Assembly: GCA_964245465.1 (NCBI GenBank)
Contig: CAXTNS010000005.1
Span: 1 to 29,377 of the forward strand
Reading direction: 5' to 3'
From: an uncultured Thermoanaerobaculia bacterium
GTDB lineage: Bacteria > Acidobacteriota > Thermoanaerobaculia > Multivoradales > UBA5704
DNA: 29,377 nucleotides
A program made the position numbers and the translations under genes. A model generated the notes under the pieces. It saw nothing but the letters and a program-made list of their open reading frames with translations, was not told the DNA's origin and searched no databases. Positions 24,321 through 29,377 of the stretch are shown in pieces; position 1 is the stretch's first letter, and the number at the start of each line of letters is the position of its first letter.

Positions 24321-24801
24321 ATCCCGTATCCCATCGCTTCAGGATCATCTGGATCTCGTCCCGGTGGGTGGTCTCGTCGCGGATCAGGTCGTCGAACTCG
24401 ACGGCCAAGCCGTAGTGGCCCAAGGATTCGGCCTGCTTGCGGCGCAGGACATAGCGCTGGATGGTCTCGATCTCGTCTTCCAACGCGTTTCGGAGCATCT
24501 CCTTGGAGTCCTTCGCCGACTTGACCCCGGCGGGGACCGTGGTGGGCGTGCCGCCCAAGGACACGATCTTGTCGGCCAGGATCTGGGCGTGGCCGAGCTC
24601 ATCGGGGATCTCGTTCTCGAAGAACTGGCGCAGTTCCATGCGCCACTGGCCCTGCACCTGGCTGGCGTAGGTGCGGTACAGGATTACCGCCGCATACTCG
24701 TGCGCGAGGTCCACGTTCAAACCTTCAAGGAACTGGTCGTGGGAGACCTGGGCATCGCTGCCGGTTCCCTCGTCATCCCTCTTCTTGCCATTCTTTGCCA
24801 T
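24319..24801 (-). CDS. Ferritin-like / bacterioferritin-family di-iron protein
   Basis: EYAAVILY, DELGHA, EIETIQRY, DETTHRD (ExxH pairs). AAAGGAG RBS. Confidence 0.88.
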   Translation of the reverse strand: MAKNGKKRDDEGTGSDAQVSHDQFLEGLNVDLAHEYAAVILYRTYASQVQGQWRMELRQFFENEIPDELGHAQILADKIVSLGGTPTTVPAGVKSAKDSKEMLRNALEDEIETIQRYVLRRKQAESLGHYGLAVEFDDLIRDETTHRDEIQMILKRWDTG

Positions 24802-24911
24802 AGGACGTACTCTCCTTTCACTCTCTCACTGGACGGTCCATGCAAATTCCTGACCGTCCTCAACGGTCCTGACGGACCCAGCTTTACACCCATGCTAATC
24901 TTCCGGCCTCT

Positions 24912-26279
24912 ATGAAGACGATCCGGATTGGCAACGGCCAGGGGTTCTGGGGAGACAACGTCGACGCGCCCGTGGAGCTGCTGCGTGGCGGCCCCATCGA
25001 CTACATCGGCATGGACTATCTGGCCGAGGTGACGTTGTCGATCATGATGCGGCAAAAGCTGAAGAATCCGAAGCTCGGCTATGCCACGGACTTCATCGGT
25101 TTCATCCGCCGGGTGCTCCCCGAGCTCAAGGAGCGCAACGTGCGCGTGCTGACCAACGCCGGTGGTCTCAATCCGCGGGCGTGCCGCAACCGCATCTTCG
25201 AGGTGGCGCGGGAGTTGGGCGTCCAAGGTCTGCGGGTGGGCGTGGTCGAGGGGGACGACCTCCTGCCGCGCCTCAAAGAGCTGATCGATGCCGGGCATCC
25301 GTTGAAAAACATGGATACGGGCGAGCCGCTGGCGCCCATAGTCGATAGGGTGATGAGCGCCAACGCCTACCTGGGGGCCCGACCCGTGGTGGAGGCCCTC
25401 GCTCAGGGCGCCCACATCGTGCTCTGCGGCCGGATCACGGACACGGCCCTGGCGCTGGCGCCCATGATCCACGAGTTTGGCTGGAGCCTGGCGGACTGGA
25501 ACTGCATGGCCGCGGGCACCATCGCCGGCCACATCATCGAATGCGGCGCCCAGTGCACGGGCGGCAACTTCAGCCGCTTCTGGGAGGTGCCGGACCTCTG
25601 GAACGTCGGCTATCCCGTGGTCGAGGCGCGGGAGGACGGCACCTTCGTGGTCACCAAGCACGAGGGGACCGGGGGGATGGTGACGGTTGATACGATCTCC
25701 GAGCAACTCGTCTACGAGATGGGCGATCCCAAGGGCTACATCACGCCGGACGTGACGGCCGACTTCACCTCTATCCGCGTGCGCCAGGACGGCAAGGACC
25801 GGGTGGAGGTCTCGGGGATCGAGGGTCGGCCCAACACGCCGTTCCTCAAGGTCTCGGCCTCCTACCTCGCCGGCTACAAGGCCTCGGGACAGATCACGCT
25901 CTCAGGGCCGCGGGCGGTGGAGAAGGCGGAGCTGGCGGCTGACATCGTCTGGAAACGGCTGGAGCGGGCAGGCGTCGTCTTCGCGCCCGAAGACCGCCAG
26001 ACGGAGCTCCTCGGCACGGGCGCCTGCCTGCCAGGGGTCTTCGACGCGCCGGAGGATCTGCCCGAGGTCGTGCTGCGGCTCGGCGTACGGCATCTGGAGG
26101 CCGCCAAGGTGGAACGGTTCGGCAAGGAGATCGCGCCGCTCGTGACCGCCGGCCCGCCGGGGGTGACGGGCTTTGCGGGCGGCCGGCCCAAGCCGCAGGA
26201 GATCGTGGCCTACTGGCCGGCGCTCCTGGCCCGCGAAGAGGTCGAGAGCCGCATCGGGGTCAACGTGGAGGAGGTGTGA
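24912..26279 (+). CDS. Acyclic terpene utilization AtuA family protein (DUF1446), N-terminal part
   Basis: IRIGNGQGFWGD, DYLAEVT, NAGGLNP, ANAYLGA, GRITD, AGHIIECGAQCTGGN, EQLVYE. Confidence 0.88.
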   Translation: MKTIRIGNGQGFWGDNVDAPVELLRGGPIDYIGMDYLAEVTLSIMMRQKLKNPKLGYATDFIGFIRRVLPELKERNVRVLTNAGGLNPRACRNRIFEVARELGVQGLRVGVVEGDDLLPRLKELIDAGHPLKNMDTGEPLAPIVDRVMSANAYLGARPVVEALAQGAHIVLCGRITDTALALAPMIHEFGWSLADWNCMAAGTIAGHIIECGAQCTGGNFSRFWEVPDLWNVGYPVVEAREDGTFVVTKHEGTGGMVTVDTISEQLVYEMGDPKGYITPDVTADFTSIRVRQDGKDRVEVSGIEGRPNTPFLKVSASYLAGYKASGQITLSGPRAVEKAELAADIVWKRLERAGVVFAPEDRQTELLGTGACLPGVFDAPEDLPEVVLRLGVRHLEAAKVERFGKEIAPLVTAGPPGVTGFAGGRPKPQEIVAYWPALLAREEVESRIGVNVEEV

Positions 26280-26719
26280 GCGAGAACCGGTCGCTCGCTC
26301 CCGTTACCCGCGGCACCCTCGGTTGGTATGGCGGCCTCCTCGGTGGGCTCCTGCCGATCCTTCTCCTGGGCTTCATCTACAGCGCCCTCGCGGACCGCAC
26401 GGCCTTCGCCCTCTGGGCCCTGGTGGTGGGGATGGTCTGGGTGGTGGTGCTCCATCGGGGACTGTCCGCGGGCCTCCGGCGTCCCCGTCTGCTGGCCTTC
26501 CTGGCGGCGGTCCTGGCGGCCGGGCTCGCGGTGTTCGCGTGGCTGGAGTCGAGGCACCACGAGATCCTGGACCTCGGATTCCGTGCGGTCTTCCCGTCGC
26601 TCTACACCCCCGCGGCCACGTCTCCTCGCACGGTGTACCTTCTTGCGGCGGCCTTTTTTCTGATCGGCACCGCCGCGCTGATCGTTTCTGTATTGTCGCG
26701 GACAAAGGAAAGAGCATGA
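26276..26719 (+). CDS. Four-helix membrane protein, hypothetical
   Basis: Four hydrophobic segments. GTG start overlaps the AtuA stop; its stop overlaps the next ATG. Confidence 0.75.
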   Translation: MSENRSLAPVTRGTLGWYGGLLGGLLPILLLGFIYSALADRTAFALWALVVGMVWVVVLHRGLSAGLRRPRLLAFLAAVLAAGLAVFAWLESRHHEILDLGFRAVFPSLYTPAATSPRTVYLLAAAFFLIGTAALIVSVLSRTKERA

Positions 26720-27063
26720 GGATTCGACTGGACGAGATCGCCCACGCCCGCTCGGGCGACAAAGGGGACGCCTCGAACGTCGGCCTGATCGCCGGCACGC
26801 CGGAGGTCTACGAGGTGCTGCGGCGGGAGGTCACGGCCGAGCGCGTGAAGGAGCACTTCCGGGAGGTCTGCCGCGGCAAAGTCGAGCGCTTCGAGCTGCC
26901 GAACATCCTGGCGCTCAACTTCATTCTCCACGACTCGCTGGGGGGCGGCGGCACCGAGAGCCTGAAGAACGACGCCCAGGGCAAGACCCACGCCCAAGGC
27001 CTGCTGGAGATGGATATCGATCTCCCCGAGGATCTGTGGCCCTACGATGAGCGCGCGGATTGA
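26716..27063 (+). CDS. AtuA C-terminal-like small protein (115 aa)
   Basis: IAHARSGDKGDASNVG, RFELPNILALNF, LGGGG..SL..DAQGK. ATG 26716 after AAAGGAAAG. Confidence 0.85.
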   Translation: MRIRLDEIAHARSGDKGDASNVGLIAGTPEVYEVLRREVTAERVKEHFREVCRGKVERFELPNILALNFILHDSLGGGGTESLKNDAQGKTHAQGLLEMDIDLPEDLWPYDERAD

Positions 27064-27829
27064 AGTCCTGAGGCAAGGAGATCTCCTCTGGGTCACCCTG
27101 AACGACCCGGAGCGGGCCAATGCGCTCTCACCGGCCATGATCGGGGAGATCACGGAGCTCTACGGCCGCGACTGGCGCCGGGAAGGGGTGCGGGCCATCC
27201 TGCTCTCCGGGGCCGGCAGGAACTTCTCGGCTGGAGCGGACCTGGAGCACCTGCGCTCGCTGCGCGACGCCGGGCACGAGGAGAACCTCCAGGACTCGCT
27301 GCGCCTGCGGGACCTCTTCGCTTCCGTGCTGCGGCAGGACGCGCTGACGATCGCCCTCGTCCACGGCGCCTGCGTGGCGGGCGGCTGCGGCCTCGCCACG
27401 GCCCACGACTTTGTGGTGGCGGCCGAGGACGCCAAGTTCCTCTACAGCGAGGTGAGGATCGGCTTCGTGGCGGCGCTGGTCGCCACCTATCTGCCCCTGC
27501 GGCTCAAGGGCTCGGACATCCGCGAGCTGCTGCTCAATCCCCAGCTCCTGGACGCCCGCAAGGCCCTGGAGATCGGCCTCGCGAACCGGGTGGTGCCCGC
27601 CGGGGACCTGCGGACGGCGGGCGAGGCCCTCGCCGCGCAGATCCTGGAGTCCGGCAGCTCCGAGTCCATCGCCCGCACCAAGCGCCAGCTTCTCGACGTA
27701 GTCGGCAAGCCGCTGGGCGCGGCCATGACCCTGGCCGCCGAGGTCAACGCAGCGGCCCGGGCCCCGGCCGACTGCCACCACGGCCTCGCCCCCTTCCTGG
27801 AGACGAAGAAGCCGCCGAAATGGCGGTAG
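27047..27829 (+). CDS. Enoyl-CoA hydratase/isomerase (methylglutaconyl-CoA hydratase-like)
   Basis: LNDPERANAL, FSAGADL, VHGACVAGGCGL, SEVRIGF, F..K..P.W. Confidence 0.9.
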   Translation: MSARIEVLRQGDLLWVTLNDPERANALSPAMIGEITELYGRDWRREGVRAILLSGAGRNFSAGADLEHLRSLRDAGHEENLQDSLRLRDLFASVLRQDALTIALVHGACVAGGCGLATAHDFVVAAEDAKFLYSEVRIGFVAALVATYLPLRLKGSDIRELLLNPQLLDARKALEIGLANRVVPAGDLRTAGEALAAQILESGSSESIARTKRQLLDVVGKPLGAAMTLAAEVNAAARAPADCHHGLAPFLETKKPPKWR

Positions 27830-28515
27830 ATCCCGGTAGCTTGATGAAGCTGGTCCTGTTCGACATCGACGGCACTCTCCTCGACTGCGGTCCCCAGGTA
27901 CGGCCCCTCTTCGCCTCGGCGCTGGTCGAGGTCTTCGGTACGGCGGGCGACGTGGACGGCTATGACTTCGCGGGGCGGACGGACCCCCGGATCGTCCTCG
28001 ATCTGATGATGGCGGCCAGCGTTCCGGAGCGGGAGGCGCGGGAGAAGCTGCCCCGGATGCGGGAGCTGTACATCGAGCGGCTGTCTGGAGCCCTGGACCG
28101 GCGGGGGATGCGCCTCCTGCCCGGGGTGGAGGAGACGCTGGCGAGGCTTGCGGCGCGCGAGGACGTGGTGCTCGCCCTCCTCACCGGCAACTGGGAGCCG
28201 GGGGCGCGGGCCAAGCTCTCGCGGTTCGACCTCAACCGGTTCTTCGACTTCGGGGCCTTCGGCTGCGACGGCGTGGACCGTTCGGATCTGCCGCCCGTGG
28301 CGCTCGACCGGGCGGAACGGGCCGTGGGCCGCCGCTTCGAGCCCGCCGAGACGCTGATCGTGGGGGACAGCGTCCACGACGTCTCCTGTGCCCAGGCTCA
28401 CGGCATCCCCTGCCTTGCCGTAGCGACCGGCCGCACGCCCGCGGAAAGGCTCCGCGCGGCCGGCGCCGACTGGGTCGTGCCCGACCTCCTCGCGGCTCCG
28501 GAAGGGCTGCTCTAG
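27820..28515 (+). CDS. HAD-superfamily hydrolase (phosphoglycolate-phosphatase-like)
   Basis: LFDIDGTL, LTGN, GDSVHD. True start may be ATG 27844. Confidence 0.88.
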   Translation: MAVDPGSLMKLVLFDIDGTLLDCGPQVRPLFASALVEVFGTAGDVDGYDFAGRTDPRIVLDLMMAASVPEREAREKLPRMRELYIERLSGALDRRGMRLLPGVEETLARLAAREDVVLALLTGNWEPGARAKLSRFDLNRFFDFGAFGCDGVDRSDLPPVALDRAERAVGRRFEPAETLIVGDSVHDVSCAQAHGIPCLAVATGRTPAERLRAAGADWVVPDLLAAPEGLL

Positions 28516-28540
28516 GTCGCCCGGGTCTAGGTCGCCCGGG
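28511..28540. repeat. Perfect 15-bp tandem duplication TCTAGGTCGCCCGGG x2
   Basis: 28511-28525 is identical to 28526-28540. Confidence 0.9.
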
Positions 28541-28898
28541 CCGGAGAGGTAGAGCCGGTCTCCACCGGTCCGCCCGCCAGCTTCCACTCCACCATGCCGC
28601 CGGTCACCTCGACCACGCGGCGGGCTCCCAGGCGGCGCAGGGCGAGGCTCACCGGGCGCAGGGCCGGATCCTCCGGGCTGCTGCCGATCACGAAGAGCTC
28701 GGTGTGCTCCGTCGTCCCCGGCGGCAGGGCGGCAGGCCCGTTGGGACCGGCCGGGAACGCGCCCGGAATGTGTCCCTCCTCGAACTCGCCACGCCAGCGC
28801 GCGTCCACCACGGCAAACGGGGGGAAGGGCCGGCGTATGCGGCGGATCAGCTCCCCGGCGTGAGTCTTGAAGATCACCCCATCGAAATGCGGGTCCAT
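28527..28898 (-). CDS. Rhodanese-like domain protein lacking the catalytic Cys
   Basis: VVDAR...EFEEGHIPGA, L.RLG...V....GG...W. The active-site loop reads FVIGSSP. Confidence 0.75.
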   Translation of the reverse strand: MDPHFDGVIFKTHAGELIRRIRRPFPPFAVVDARWRGEFEEGHIPGAFPAGPNGPAALPPGTTEHTELFVIGSSPEDPALRPVSLALRRLGARRVVEVTGGMVEWKLAGGPVETGSTSPARAT

Positions 28899-28922
28899 TG
28901 GCGTCCTCCTGATGAGGGAATG

Positions 28923-29219
28923 CTATCTCAAGCTCGCCCGGCGGTGGTGAGCTGGACCATCCCTGGCCTCCTGCTCGAGGGTACGGAATGTCCTTCGAAG
29001 GATTTGCTTGTAAGGATCCGGATCGCATCGTAAAGCCGAGTCTTCGAGATCTCGGATCAGAAATCGAAAGTCCTGCCTTTGCGAGACTTCCTGAACCAGC
29101 CGGGAGCATTCGGGGCACTGTCGCAACAAATGCCGAACAAAGTCCCGAGTTTCATCCCTGGAGAGCTCGGATTGTAGAAAACACAGTACGGTCTGCCGCG
29201 AGAAGTGATCGTCCGCCAT
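28923..29219 (-). CDS. 98-aa protein with zf-HC2-like (anti-sigma zinc-finger-like) N-terminus
   Basis: DH.S..T...F...ELS..E......HLLRQCPEC. AAAGGAGGA RBS upstream. Confidence 0.6.
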   Translation of the reverse strand: MADDHFSRQTVLCFLQSELSRDETRDFVRHLLRQCPECSRLVQEVSQRQDFRFLIRDLEDSALRCDPDPYKQILRRTFRTLEQEARDGPAHHRRASLR

Positions 29220-29377
29220 GTCATTCCTCCCAAAGGGTCTGCCAAATACCCTCAGACCTTCATCAAGTAAGGTTGCCGGAGGGCGGAAATCCAGGACAAG
29301 AAAATGGCCCGGAAATCTCGGGAGGATTCCGGAAACCAGGAACGGATCGGATTACAGGTGGGACCGGTACCAGCGCT

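Noticed and set aside
24717-29118. Minus-strand ORFs 24717..25706 and 27487..29118
   Set aside because: Overlap AtuA, hydratase and HAD genes in antisense; R/P/G-rich, no recognisable domain.
1-29377. tRNA, rRNA, IS/transposase, integrase or prophage genes
   Set aside because: No such sequence or motif was recognised by eye; tRNAscan-SE, Infernal and ISEScan would be needed to exclude them fully.

Overview
High-GC bacterial window. Gene content and style suggest Acidobacteriota, possibly Thermoanaerobaculia (inference). From left to right: (1) a 5'-truncated thermolysin-like HExxH metallopeptidase coupled to an MBL-fold hydrolase; (2) small hypothetical genes; (3) a TIR-STAND-TPR protein divergent from an orphan TM/coiled-coil gene; (4) a rhomboid protease; (5) a sulfur-relay/Moco cluster (sulfite-oxidase-like enzyme, cysteine synthase, JAB protease, Ubl-E1-rhodanese fusion, MoaD-MoaE fusion) interleaved with three toxin-antitoxin modules, two of which look recombined; (6) a branched/terpenoid acyl-CoA catabolic cluster (carboxyltransferase, AtuA, enoyl-CoA hydratase). 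That last cluster is interrupted by the standout locus: an ECF sigma factor and a membrane Ser/Thr kinase with about 10 TPRs, followed by five unannotated 16-aa genes, MK[IV]KANVKAGG + variable pentapeptide (ILLSD, ILASD, IMMSD, HLMGD, ILLGD). Each has its own RBS, the copies show synonymous codon variation, and a terminator follows the array. I propose this as a candidate peptide-signal / TPR receptor kinase / ECF sigma signalling system. The genes are seen in the sequence; the function is inference.
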